Below are positions 11,346-20,112 of a stretch of DNA of 64,000 nt, one piece after another; position 1 is the first letter of the stretch, and each line of letters starts with the position of its first letter. A program made the translations under genes and the position numbers. Source of the stretch: a bacterium (GTDB taxonomy: Bacteria > Krumholzibacteriota > Krumholzibacteriia > LZORAL124-64-63); NCBI GenBank assembly GCA_031441465.1, contig JANOEP010000046.1, positions 64,001 to 128,000 on the forward strand, in the 5' to 3' direction. Below the pieces are notes generated by a model. The model was not told the origin of the DNA, ran no database searches, and saw only the letters and a list, made by a program, of their open reading frames with translations.

Positions 11346-12038
11346 TCACAAGATACCCAACCAGGGCCCCAACAGTTCCTGGAACCTGCCGACCAGCAGC
11401 GCCACGCGCCCCATGACGGCCGAACCGAAGGAGGCGCCGAAGGTGATCATCAGCACCAGCAGGCCCCAGCGGGCCACCCGCCCGTAGGCGCCCTTCTGTT
11501 CGCGCGTGTTGACGAAATAGACCAGGCCGCTGACCGTGCCGGCCAGCACCAGCAACTGGGCCAGGCTCTCCTGCCAGAGCCAGCGGCCGGCCGCCGTCGG
11601 GGCCAGCCCCGCGCCGATGGTCGCCTGGATCTGGTAGAGGAAGTCCGAACGCAGGTAACGGACCAGCGAATAGCCGGCGGTGGTGCCGAGGGCGAACGCG
11701 GTGGGCCACTTGCCGAGCCAGGACAACCGCGGCCACAACCGCGCCAGCATCAGCAGACCCAGCGCCGCGGGGATCAGGGCCACGGGGTCCCAGGCGCCCA
11801 CCGGCGCCTCGGGGCTGGACCAGCGGCCAGCGGCCGGGAAGAGCTTCAACACGAGGGCGGGCCACAGGGTCGTCCAGAAGCCCATCACCATCCAGTAGGC
11901 CGCCGACACGCCGACGAACACGTGCTCGGCGAACTTGTAGAACGGGTTGTCCCGCCACAGGAAGGAGAAGACCATCAGGGTCAGCAGCGCGCCGATCCAG
12001 ACCTGCAAGTCCCCGCTGAGGTGGATCGCGGCGATCAC
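11346..12038 (-). CDS. Uncharacterised polytopic membrane protein (module gene 4)
   Basis: C-terminal part of ORF 11346..12920; GTG 12038 overlaps the upstream stop; about 6 TM helices; FSFLWRDNPFYKFAEHVFVGVSAAY, LMITFGASFGSAVMGR. Confidence 0.8.
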   Translation of the reverse strand: MIAAIHLSGDLQVWIGALLTLMVFSFLWRDNPFYKFAEHVFVGVSAAYWMVMGFWTTLWPALVLKLFPAAGRWSSPEAPVGAWDPVALIPAALGLLMLARLWPRLSWLGKWPTAFALGTTAGYSLVRYLRSDFLYQIQATIGAGLAPTAAGRWLWQESLAQLLVLAGTVSGLVYFVNTREQKGAYGRVARWGLLVLMITFGASFGSAVMGRVALLVGRFQELLGPWLGIL

Positions 12039-12910
12039 GGCGTCCTCCGGCGCGCGAGGCGGCGCAGCAGCAGACCCGCGTTGCCCAGCAGGATGAAGGC
12101 GACGATCACCAGGTGCGCCGCCGACTGGGGGCCCATCCCGCGGGTGGCCTGCTGATTGGCGGCCACGAACTCGGGATGGCCCCGGGCGAGCGCGCCCTCG
12201 TACTCGGCCGCCCCCTTCAAGGCGCTCATCAGGCCGAGGATCTGCAACGGGTAGTAGGGGAAGAACTGCGGGGCGCCCACGCCGGTACAACCGCCGGCGA
12301 GCGGCACGTCCAGCACATCGCCGGCGTAGAGGATCCACTCCTTGAGACCCGGCTGCCCCGCCGAAAGGCTGACGATCAGGCCGAAGTCGGCCAGGCCGCG
12401 CACGCCGCGCAGCGCGGCGATCTGCCGCAGCGGCCGGCCGGCGACGTCCGTGGGGTAGCGCGCGGTCAGCGAATCGCGCAGGCTGTTGATGAGCATCTCC
12501 CCGCCGACCTGGAAGCCGAGCGAGACCCAGTCGCGGCCGGGGGCGGCCTGCGGGAATTCCCGCGCGATGACGCGCTCCTCCACGCGCGAGATCATGTTGT
12601 TGCCCGTGGGGTACAGCGACATGTAGCAGATCGGGTGGCCGGTCAGCAGCGCGTGCTGGGTCAAGGCGTCGGCCATGGGCTCGAGTTCCGGGGCGGAGCT
12701 GGGCGAGTAGTCCAGCGACAACAGGATCGGCGCTCCGGCCGGCAGGTTTTCGATGCGGTCGTAGATCGGCTGAACGACGGAGGTGGCCCGATCGGGCGTG
12801 CTCACGCCGGTGAGCAGCGACACCACGACGACCGCGGCCAGCACCAGGAAGATCCAGCGCCGGTCCAGGGACTCCAGCCGCGAGGCGAGCCGATCGTACC
12901 GGTGGATCAC
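12035..12910 (-). CDS. Uncharacterised protein with N- and C-terminal TM anchors and an alpha/beta soluble domain (module gene 3)
   Basis: DRRWIFLVLAAVVVVSLL TM; LLSLDYSPSSAPELEPM; GLMSALKGAAEYE; MGPQSAAHLVIVAFILLGN TM. Confidence 0.8.
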   Translation of the reverse strand: MIHRYDRLASRLESLDRRWIFLVLAAVVVVSLLTGVSTPDRATSVVQPIYDRIENLPAGAPILLSLDYSPSSAPELEPMADALTQHALLTGHPICYMSLYPTGNNMISRVEERVIAREFPQAAPGRDWVSLGFQVGGEMLINSLRDSLTARYPTDVAGRPLRQIAALRGVRGLADFGLIVSLSAGQPGLKEWILYAGDVLDVPLAGGCTGVGAPQFFPYYPLQILGLMSALKGAAEYEGALARGHPEFVAANQQATRGMGPQSAAHLVIVAFILLGNAGLLLRRLARRRTP

Positions 12911-13623
12911 GACCCGTCACCTCCGGAGCGGGGGTCCTTCTCCAGGCCGGCGATCATGCGCACCGCCAGGGCGATGACGCCCAGGGCGATCCCGATCATC
13001 AGGGCCCGCTGCCCGGCGGTGTTGGGCACGCGCAGGATCCAGAGGGACAGTTCCTCGACCCGCAGGAAGGCGACGGGCTCCGGGATCCAGGCCGTCAGGT
13101 AGCGCCCGGCGGGGATGCGGCCGAGCAGGACCACCAGGGCCGAGGCCAGCAGCAGGGTCGACTCGAGGGACCGCGCGCGGAAGGCGCGGTACGAGGCCGA
13201 CGCGATGTAGAAGGCCAGCAGGCTGTAGAGCGTCGCGTGCAGCGGGCTGAGCACCGCATCGAACACCGTGCTCAGCCAGCTGCCGGGCGCGGTGACGTCG
13301 CCCTGCAGGCCGGGCGGGCCGCCCAGCTTGGCCATGCCGACCACCAGCACGATCACGAACGAGACCAGGGTGACGAGGGAGTAGTAGCGGTCCGGACCGC
13401 GGTCCCTGATCTTCACCAGGTGCGTCGCGACGAGGTTCAAGCCGCCGAGCAGGAAAGCGAAGACCGTCAGGATGCTGAACCAGGTGGCGAACTCCTGGTC
13501 GGCGAAAGCCAGCATCCGCTGCACGTAGGGCGCGTTCCCGTCCTCGGGACGGGCGATGAAAGCCGAGATGATCAGCAGCACCGCCGTGACGGACAGGATG
13601 ATCTGCGGCACGCGCTGCTTCAC
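12907..13623 (-). CDS. Uncharacterised polytopic membrane protein (module gene 2)
   Basis: GTG 13623; about 6 TM helices; PLHATLYSLLAFYIASASYRAFRARS, WILRVPNTAGQRALMIGIALG. Confidence 0.8.
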   Translation of the reverse strand: MKQRVPQIILSVTAVLLIISAFIARPEDGNAPYVQRMLAFADQEFATWFSILTVFAFLLGGLNLVATHLVKIRDRGPDRYYSLVTLVSFVIVLVVGMAKLGGPPGLQGDVTAPGSWLSTVFDAVLSPLHATLYSLLAFYIASASYRAFRARSLESTLLLASALVVLLGRIPAGRYLTAWIPEPVAFLRVEELSLWILRVPNTAGQRALMIGIALGVIALAVRMIAGLEKDPRSGGDGS

Positions 13624-13628
13624 GGGGC

Positions 13629-14441
13629 TCACCCCGCCCGGAAGACGTTGAGGAAGGCGTCGCGCAGGAACGTCCAAGGCGCCGCCCCGGTCACGTCCGC
13701 CACGGTCACCACCAGGCTGCCCGCGACGAGGCAGACCGCGGCCGCGAGTTTGCAGAGATCCTGGCCGCGCAGGCTGCCGAGCCGGGCGGCGTCGCCCTCC
13801 AGGGAAGCGGCCGCGGCGAAGAGTTCCTCGCCGAGCAGCACGTGATCGCACGACGCCACCAGGAAGGGCAGCTGGACCGCGCTGGCGGTGCCCGCGATCT
13901 GGACCGCTCCGACCTGGTGCCCACCTTCGGCCAGCAGCAGCGATTCCGAGGCGAAGAAGCCCATCAGGACGCAGAGGCCAGGGCGCTCGCGGGCGATGAG
14001 CCCGTCCACCCGCGCCACGAAACCGAGGTGGTCGTCCGAGATGTAGGCCACCCAGTCGTCGCGCCAGAGATCGGCGCGGCCGGCGTCGGCGTAGGCGAGG
14101 CGGCAGATCTCACGCGCGTTGTCCATGACCAGGCTGCGGTTGGTCGGGACGAACAGGCGGCCGCCGGCTTCGGCGACCTTGCGCGCGAGCGGCCGCAGCA
14201 CGGCCAGCGCCGCGACCGTCTGCATGTTGTCGAGATCCTGGGAGCCGGCGACGAAGTAGACGGGCCGTCCGGCGGCGACGGCGTCGGCGACGGCGCGGTC
14301 GAGGGCGAGCAGAGGCGGCAGGGCGCGCACCGACACCGTGGCGCCGCGGCGGGCCCGCAGGACCGAGAACCCGATCAGGGCGCACACGAACGCGCCGACC
14401 AGGGCGACGTTCCAGGTCCCGGGTGCGAGCCAGCCGCTCAC
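13629..14441 (-). CDS. DUF6754-like membrane-anchored protein (module gene 1)
   Basis: GTG 14441; N-terminal TM followed by RARRG; VRALPPLLALDRAV..A..GRPVYF..G; FFASESLLLAEGG, QIAGT, QLPFLVASCDHVLLGEELFAAAA, LGSLRGQD. The family name is recalled from memory. Confidence 0.72.
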   Translation of the reverse strand: MSGWLAPGTWNVALVGAFVCALIGFSVLRARRGATVSVRALPPLLALDRAVADAVAAGRPVYFVAGSQDLDNMQTVAALAVLRPLARKVAEAGGRLFVPTNRSLVMDNAREICRLAYADAGRADLWRDDWVAYISDDHLGFVARVDGLIARERPGLCVLMGFFASESLLLAEGGHQVGAVQIAGTASAVQLPFLVASCDHVLLGEELFAAAASLEGDAARLGSLRGQDLCKLAAAVCLVAGSLVVTVADVTGAAPWTFLRDAFLNVFRAG

Positions 14442-14731
14442 GGGCCCGTCTCCGGACGCGGGCCTTCCAGCAGGTCCAGCAGGCGGTCGAAGTGGCAGCG
14501 CTGCTCCAGGATGCGCGCCAGGCGCGCCGTACCGGAGCGCGGCACCACGAGATCGCAGAAGGGACTCGCGACGTGCAGGGCCTGCGAGCCCAGGAACGAC
14601 AGCGGGCTGGAACTCGCGAGCCACAGCAGGGCCGGCGTCGCCAGGCCCGCGCCGCGCACGCGCGCCGCCAGGCCGGCGAGGAACGCGTCGTCGGCGGGGT
14701 CGAGGCTCGGCGGGCGGCCGGCGTCGCTCAT
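14438..14731 (-). CDS. Small hypothetical protein
   Basis: 97 aa, start/stop overlaps on both sides; GLATPALLWLASSSPLSFLGSQAL. Confidence 0.7.
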   Translation of the reverse strand: MSDAGRPPSLDPADDAFLAGLAARVRGAGLATPALLWLASSSPLSFLGSQALHVASPFCDLVVPRSGTARLARILEQRCHFDRLLDLLEGPRPETGP

Positions 14732-16389
14732 GTCACCTTCGCCTTCACGTGGGCGGTCACCACCACCATGTCGTCCAGCAGCCCCTCGCTACAGGCGAGC
14801 GGATCGCTGCACGCGAGCTTGGCCAGGAACTCGCGCGGGGTCTCCCCGTCCGGCGGCAGAACGGCGACCGCACAACCGGCGGCGCAGGTCGCGGCGCCGT
14901 CGCGCACGGCCGCCAGGGCCAGGCGGGCGTTCACCCGGCTCATCACGGCGACGGCCGCCGCCTCGGCGTACCCCGCCGCGGCCAGCGCGGCCGCGCGGCG
15001 GCAGAAGGCGCCGGCCACCTCGCAGGCGGTCATCATGTCGGCCAGACGGAACAGCACCGACTGGCGGCCGTTCGTCTTGCGGGCGTGCACGAACTGGATC
15101 GTCGCGTTGAGGTCGCGGACGGCCGCGGCGGCGAGACCGGCGCCCACCTCGCCGTGGGAGACGTGGAGCGCGTCGAGGCCGGCGGCTGCTTCCTCGTACC
15201 AGGCGCCCCGGGTGCGCACGGTCGACTTCCAGCGGTACAGACCGATGATGCTCTGCTGGATCTCGCTGGTGCCTTCGTAGATCGTCGTGATGCGAACGTC
15301 GCGCTTGATCTTCTCGACCATGTACTCGCGTGCGTAGCCGTAGCCGCCCAGGGCCTGGATGGCCGCCTCGGCCGCCCGGTTGCCGGCCTCGGTGCACCAG
15401 TACTTGGCGATCGAGCCCTCGACCTGCAGGTCGCGCTCGCCGCCGTCGAGGCGCAGGGCGATCTCCTCCACGTAGGCGCGGCCGGCGGCCAGCGCGATCC
15501 AGTGGGGCGTGATGAGCTTGCTGCTGTAGCCTTCCTTGTCGATCAGAGGCGCGCCGAACTGGATGCGTTCGCGGGCGTAGCGCACGGCCCGGTCGAGCGC
15601 CGCCTGGCCGGCGCCCAGGCCGAACGCGCCGACCATCACCCGCGTGTAGCCGAACACGGCGTTGGCCTGTTTCAGCCCCTGGCCCTCCACGCCGCCGATC
15701 AAATGGGAGACCGGGACCTCCACGTCCTCCAGCACGACGCCGCTGGTGTCCGAGGCGCGGATGCCGTGCTTGTCCTCGTGCTTGCCGGCGCTGAGGCCGG
15801 GTGTCGCGCGCTCCACGACGAAGAACGAGGGACCATCGGGCGTCTTGGCCAGGATGGTGTACAGCTCGGCCACGCCGCCGTTGGTGATGAACTGCTTGGT
15901 GCCGTTGAGGCGGTACCCGGTGACGGCGCCGGCGGCGTCGGTCAGGCGGTCGGCGCGCGTCTGCAGCGCGGCCACGTTGCTGCCGGCGGCGGGTTCGGTC
16001 ACGCCGTAGGCGACGATCAGGCCTTCGGCGGCGATGCGGCCCAGCCAGTGGTCCTTCTGCTGCGGCGTGCCGCCGACGATGATCGGGTCGGTGCCCAGGC
16101 AGATCGCCAGGAAGGCGGTCGCCACGCCCAGGTCGATGGCGGCCATCTCCTCGCTGACGCGGCAGATGTCCAGGGCGCCGCCGCCGAGCCCGCCGACGGC
16201 CTCGGGCAGGAAGATCAGGTGCAGGCCGACGTTGGGCGAGAGCAGCTCCCTGATGAAGGCGACGGGGAACTCGTCGCGCGCATCCAGGCCGAGCAGGATG
16301 TCGTCGGGCAGGTCCCGTTGCACGACCTGGCGCAGCGTCTGGACGATCATCTCGCGCATCTCGGGCGACAGGCCGGCGGTCTGGGTCAT
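14728..16389 (-). CDS. Acyl-CoA dehydrogenase with a C-terminal extension
   Basis: AYGVTEPAAGSNV, LNGTKQFITNGG, EDKHGIRASDT, RIQFG, QALGGYGY, RDVRITTIYEGTSEIQ, plus about 150 extra C-terminal residues. Confidence 0.92.
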   Translation of the reverse strand: MTQTAGLSPEMREMIVQTLRQVVQRDLPDDILLGLDARDEFPVAFIRELLSPNVGLHLIFLPEAVGGLGGGALDICRVSEEMAAIDLGVATAFLAICLGTDPIIVGGTPQQKDHWLGRIAAEGLIVAYGVTEPAAGSNVAALQTRADRLTDAAGAVTGYRLNGTKQFITNGGVAELYTILAKTPDGPSFFVVERATPGLSAGKHEDKHGIRASDTSGVVLEDVEVPVSHLIGGVEGQGLKQANAVFGYTRVMVGAFGLGAGQAALDRAVRYARERIQFGAPLIDKEGYSSKLITPHWIALAAGRAYVEEIALRLDGGERDLQVEGSIAKYWCTEAGNRAAEAAIQALGGYGYAREYMVEKIKRDVRITTIYEGTSEIQQSIIGLYRWKSTVRTRGAWYEEAAAGLDALHVSHGEVGAGLAAAAVRDLNATIQFVHARKTNGRQSVLFRLADMMTACEVAGAFCRRAAALAAAGYAEAAAVAVMSRVNARLALAAVRDGAATCAAGCAVAVLPPDGETPREFLAKLACSDPLACSEGLLDDMVVVTAHVKAKVT

Positions 16390-16430
16390 GATTCACTCCT
16401 GATGAACGGTGGCGGATGGTGGCGACGGTC

Positions 16431-17357
16431 TCAGAGGACCGAACCCTGATCGAAGCGCAGGCGGCCTTGTGCGAGCAGGACGCCGTGCCCGCCCACGCGG
16501 ATCGCGCCGCAACGGCCGTCGTGGACCTCGGCCTCGGCGTACAGGCGGCTCGGGCGCCTCATTTCCAGTCCCTGCTCGCAGACGATGCGGACGTGGGGCT
16601 GCGGCGGCACCAGGCGGTGCTTGATCATGTACGCGATCAAGGCGCCCGCGGCGCTGCCGGTCGCCGCGTCCTCGGGGATGCCGAAGTCCTGGGCGAACAT
16701 GCGGCAGTGCACGTCGACCCCGGCGCCCTCGGCCTCGCAGGTGAAGACGAAGAGGTCGCCGAAGCCGAGGTCGCGGGAGATCTCCCGCGCCGCGGCCCGA
16801 TCGAAGCGGATGGACTGCACGGCCTCGAGCGAACCCATCGGGACGATGTGGATGGGCAGGCCCGCCGAGACGATCTCGCAGGGCAGGCCCGTGATGGCGA
16901 TGTCCGTTTCCTCGACGCCCAGCGCCCGGGCCACCTTGCCCCGCTGGTAGTACTGCCCGATGAACTCCGCGGGCTCGTGGACCAGCGAGTACAGCGTGGC
17001 GCCGTCGACTTCCGACAGCACGACGGGGAACTCGCCGGCCTCGGTCCGCCAGTGGAAGCGGGTCTCGTCGCCCCCCCGTGCGATCCGGCCGCAGGCGTCC
17101 AGGCCGCAGGTGGCGCCCAGGATCGAAAGCCCCGACAAGGGGATCTCCCCCTTGGGCGTGAAGATCCGCAGCCGGGCGCGGTTGACGCCGCCGGGGTCCG
17201 GCTCCGCGAACACCGTCTCGCCGGTGCCCATCTCGCGGGCGATGACCTGGAGCAGGGCGGTCGGCACGCCGGCCGCGTCGGGGAACAGCGTCAGACGGCT
17301 GCCGCCGAACGGCACGCGCGTGTACAGGTCCAGGTGCATGAATTCGCGTTCGAACAA
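16431..17357 (-). CDS. PhzF/diaminopimelate-epimerase-fold protein
   Basis: IAREMGTGETVF, RLRIFTPKGEIP, RMFAQDFGIPEDAATGSAAG, EQGLEMRRPS; start placed at TTG 17357 (GGGGA RBS) because ATG 17402 lies inside the predicted -10 box. Confidence 0.88.
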   Translation of the reverse strand: MFEREFMHLDLYTRVPFGGSRLTLFPDAAGVPTALLQVIAREMGTGETVFAEPDPGGVNRARLRIFTPKGEIPLSGLSILGATCGLDACGRIARGGDETRFHWRTEAGEFPVVLSEVDGATLYSLVHEPAEFIGQYYQRGKVARALGVEETDIAITGLPCEIVSAGLPIHIVPMGSLEAVQSIRFDRAAAREISRDLGFGDLFVFTCEAEGAGVDVHCRMFAQDFGIPEDAATGSAAGALIAYMIKHRLVPPQPHVRIVCEQGLEMRRPSRLYAEAEVHDGRCGAIRVGGHGVLLAQGRLRFDQGSVL

Positions 17358-17400
17358 GCGGATCCCCGTGGTTGCGTTGGGCTGCGGCAACTCAGCGGGC

Positions 17401-17429
17401 ATCCTAACCGCTCGCCCGCGGCGGTGCAA
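17401..17429 (-). promoter_or_regulatory. Putative sigma70 promoter for the phzF-like/ACAD/membrane-module operon
   Basis: TTGCAC-N17-TAGGAT. Confidence 0.5.
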
Positions 17430-17468
17430 GCAGGGGATGACGGGCAGGGGTGGCGGGGGGGGGCGCCG

Positions 17469-17837
17469 TCAGTCGAGGACCACGACGGCCATGGCGATCT
17501 CGCGCTCGTGGCTGAGGGACAGCAGGACGCGCCCTCCCCCGCGCTCGCGCAGGGCCTCCGCCGCGCCGCCGTGCAACCGCAGGACCGCAGGACCGCCCTC
17601 GCAGTGGACGACCTCGACGTCGCGGTAGGCGATCGGGCCGGCGACTCCGATCGCCTTGACGAAGGCCTCCTTCGCCGCCCAACGCGAGGCGAGGGTGGCC
17701 GGACCCTGGGCGCCGCGCCGCGCCGCCAGGGCGATCTCGTCGGGCCGGAAGCAGCGCTGCAGGAAGCGATCGCCGTGACGCTCGACCGCGGTGCGGATGC
17801 GCGCGACCTCGACGATGTCGCTGCCGAGCCCGCGCAT
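17469..17837 (-). CDS. acpS: Holo-ACP synthase
   Basis: MRGLGSDIVEVARI, LASRWAAKEAFVKA, LSLSHE. Confidence 0.95.
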   Translation of the reverse strand: MRGLGSDIVEVARIRTAVERHGDRFLQRCFRPDEIALAARRGAQGPATLASRWAAKEAFVKAIGVAGPIAYRDVEVVHCEGGPAVLRLHGGAAEALRERGGGRVLLSLSHEREIAMAVVVLD

Positions 17838-18538
17838 CAGTAGGCTCCCTTGCGCTCGATCACGGCGGGGATCGTGCGCGACAGGATCCGCAGGTCGAAG
17901 ACCGGCCCGCGCCGCCGCACGTACTCGAGATCCAGTTCCATCCAGTCCTCGAAATCCAAGTGGCTGCGCCCCGACACCTGCCACAGGCAGGTCAGCCCGG
18001 GCTTCACCTGGAGCCGCCGCGCCTGGGCGGGCGTGTACGCGGCCACCTCGCTGGGGATCTGCGGACGCGGGCCGACCACCGACATCTCGCCGCGCAGCAC
18101 GTTGTACAGCTGCGGGAACTCGTCGAGGCTGCTGCGCCGCAGGAAACGGCCGACGCCGGTGATGCGGGGGTCGCGCTCGATCTTGAAGGCGGCGCCGCTG
18201 GCCTCGTTCAGGTGGGCGAGGTCGTCCTTGCGGGTCTCGGCGTCCACGACCATCGAGCGGAACTTGTAGCAGTCGAAGGCGCGCCCCCGCAGGCCGACGC
18301 GGCGCTGGCGGAAGAACACCGGGCCCGGGGTGTCGAGCCTGATCAGGATGACGAGCAGCGGGAAGACCGGCAGCACCAGCAGCAGGCCGACGGCGGCTCC
18401 CAGGAGGTCCACGAGGCGCTTGACCGCGGCGCCGGCGGGATTGGCGGTGGGCACGGGCCCGTGGGGGTCGCGCGCGATGAAGGCGGCGTAGCCGCCGGCG
18501 GCGGCGTAGACATCCGCGTCGTCGAGGTGAGGGCTCAC
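17837..18538 (-). CDS. Monotopic phosphoglycosyl (sugar) transferase, WbaP/WcaJ C-terminal family
   Basis: KRLVDL, GPVFFRQRRVG, YKFRSM, DPRITGVGRFLRRSSLDEFPQLYNVLRGEMSVVGPRP, VKPGLTCLWQVSGRS; GTG 18538. Confidence 0.93.
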   Translation of the reverse strand: MSPHLDDADVYAAAGGYAAFIARDPHGPVPTANPAGAAVKRLVDLLGAAVGLLLVLPVFPLLVILIRLDTPGPVFFRQRRVGLRGRAFDCYKFRSMVVDAETRKDDLAHLNEASGAAFKIERDPRITGVGRFLRRSSLDEFPQLYNVLRGEMSVVGPRPQIPSEVAAYTPAQARRLQVKPGLTCLWQVSGRSHLDFEDWMELDLEYVRRRGPVFDLRILSRTIPAVIERKGAY

Positions 18539-20112
18539 CGGACGGCCTCCCCGCCCGCCGCGGGCGCGCGCCGCCAGTGCAGGGCGGTCACGCCGGGGAA
18601 CTCGCGCACCGCGACCACGTCGCCCAGATCGTCGAGCGCCGCCGGGAAGTGATGGCCCGGGTCGAGCGTCCCGCTGCGGCACAGGACCAGCCAGGCCTGG
18701 TCGGCGTCGCCGATCCGTTCGGACAAGGCGCCGACCACGGCGTCGCGGCCGACGAGCGCCCCGAGACCCCAGAAGTCGCGCACCTCGCCGCGGCCGTCGT
18801 AGTAGAGCCGGAACAGGTCGGTGACCACGGGCACGAGCACCGGGTCGCCCGCGGCGTCCTGGTTCGCGATCCAGACCGCGGCAGCCCGCACGTCGTCCTT
18901 GGCGTAGCGAGGATCGAGGTGGTAACTGCCCGACGACCACAGGGTCAACCCGAGCAGGGCCAGGCTCGCCACCCTCACCGTCCAGCCGTGCATCACGCTG
19001 AGCCCGTGTCCGGCCGCCAGCAGCAGGAAGGGGGCCGCCACCGCCAGGTAGCGGGGCGTGAAGGTCTTCACGTCGAGCAGGCGCATCGCGATGAGAGCGA
19101 CGAACGGCACCACGATCCACAGCGCCGTTTCCCGGCGCCGCCGGCTGCGCCACCAGCCCGTGACCGTCGGGAAAGCGGCCGCGAGCGCGCCTGCGGCCAA
19201 CAATGGCAGGTAGCGGCGGACGATCTCCAGGCGGTCGGGCCGGTGCAACTCCTCCAGCGTCGGGCCGAGGCTGAAGCCGTAGAAGAATGTGAACAGGGCG
19301 TAGGGGACGGCCAGGGGCGTCAGGCGTTCCTGGCCCTCGGGCAGCAGCCCGCCCCCGCCTCCCGGCGCCAGGCGTCCGGGATACCAGTAGCCTGTCGCCT
19401 GCAGCAGCCAGGGCAGGATGATCAGACCGGTCACCCCGAAGGCGACCGCCCAGCCGCGCCGGGCCTCGCCGCTTTGCGGGCGGTGCAGCAGGACCACACC
19501 CAGGACGTGGGCCACGATCAGCAACAGGGCCGACATGTTGCTCAGCACGGCGAGTCCGGCGAGCAGGCCGTAGGTCAACCCGCCCCGCGTCGAGGCGCCG
19601 TGCCGCTGCATGCGCAGCAGCTGCAGGGTCGCCGCCATGGCGAGCAGGACCATCAGGGAATAGCCGCGCGCTTCCTGCCCGTACCAGACGTGGAACGGGT
19701 TGAGGGCGAGCAGCAGGGCCGCCCAGGCACCGGTCGACCGGTCGCGCCATTCGCTGCCGAGTTTGTACATCAGCGGGACGGCCAGGATGCCGGCCAGCGC
19801 CGCCGGCAGCCGCAATAGCCATTCGGGGGAGGCCGGTTGCCCGGGGCGCCAGCTCAGCAGCAGGTACAGGGGCCCCTGGATGTTGTCGCGGAACTGCTCC
19901 CAGAGCCCGTGGCCGGCGCCGGGATGGAGGTTGTGCCAGGTCTGGTACTCGTCGATCCAGAGCGGCGAAGCGCCGAGGTGGTAACCGCGCAGGATGGCCG
20001 CCGCGGCCGTCACCAGGATCACGAACAGGAGCCTTTCGCTGCGCCGACCGGCGGGATCGAGCGCGGGCATGGCCCCCAGTCGAAAGTCGGCGTGCTCCCG
20101 GCGCGAACTCAT
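18535..20112 (-). CDS. GT-C fold glycosyltransferase (family 39/ArnT/PMT-like)
   Basis: LWIDE, GPLYLLL, LRLPAALAG, NPFHVWYGQEARGYSL, PRYL; many TM helices. Confidence 0.85.
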   Translation of the reverse strand: MSSRREHADFRLGAMPALDPAGRRSERLLFVILVTAAAAILRGYHLGASPLWIDEYQTWHNLHPGAGHGLWEQFRDNIQGPLYLLLSWRPGQPASPEWLLRLPAALAGILAVPLMYKLGSEWRDRSTGAWAALLLALNPFHVWYGQEARGYSLMVLLAMAATLQLLRMQRHGASTRGGLTYGLLAGLAVLSNMSALLLIVAHVLGVVLLHRPQSGEARRGWAVAFGVTGLIILPWLLQATGYWYPGRLAPGGGGGLLPEGQERLTPLAVPYALFTFFYGFSLGPTLEELHRPDRLEIVRRYLPLLAAGALAAAFPTVTGWWRSRRRRETALWIVVPFVALIAMRLLDVKTFTPRYLAVAAPFLLLAAGHGLSVMHGWTVRVASLALLGLTLWSSGSYHLDPRYAKDDVRAAAVWIANQDAAGDPVLVPVVTDLFRLYYDGRGEVRDFWGLGALVGRDAVVGALSERIGDADQAWLVLCRSGTLDPGHHFPAALDDLGDVVAVREFPGVTALHWRRAPAAGGEAVR

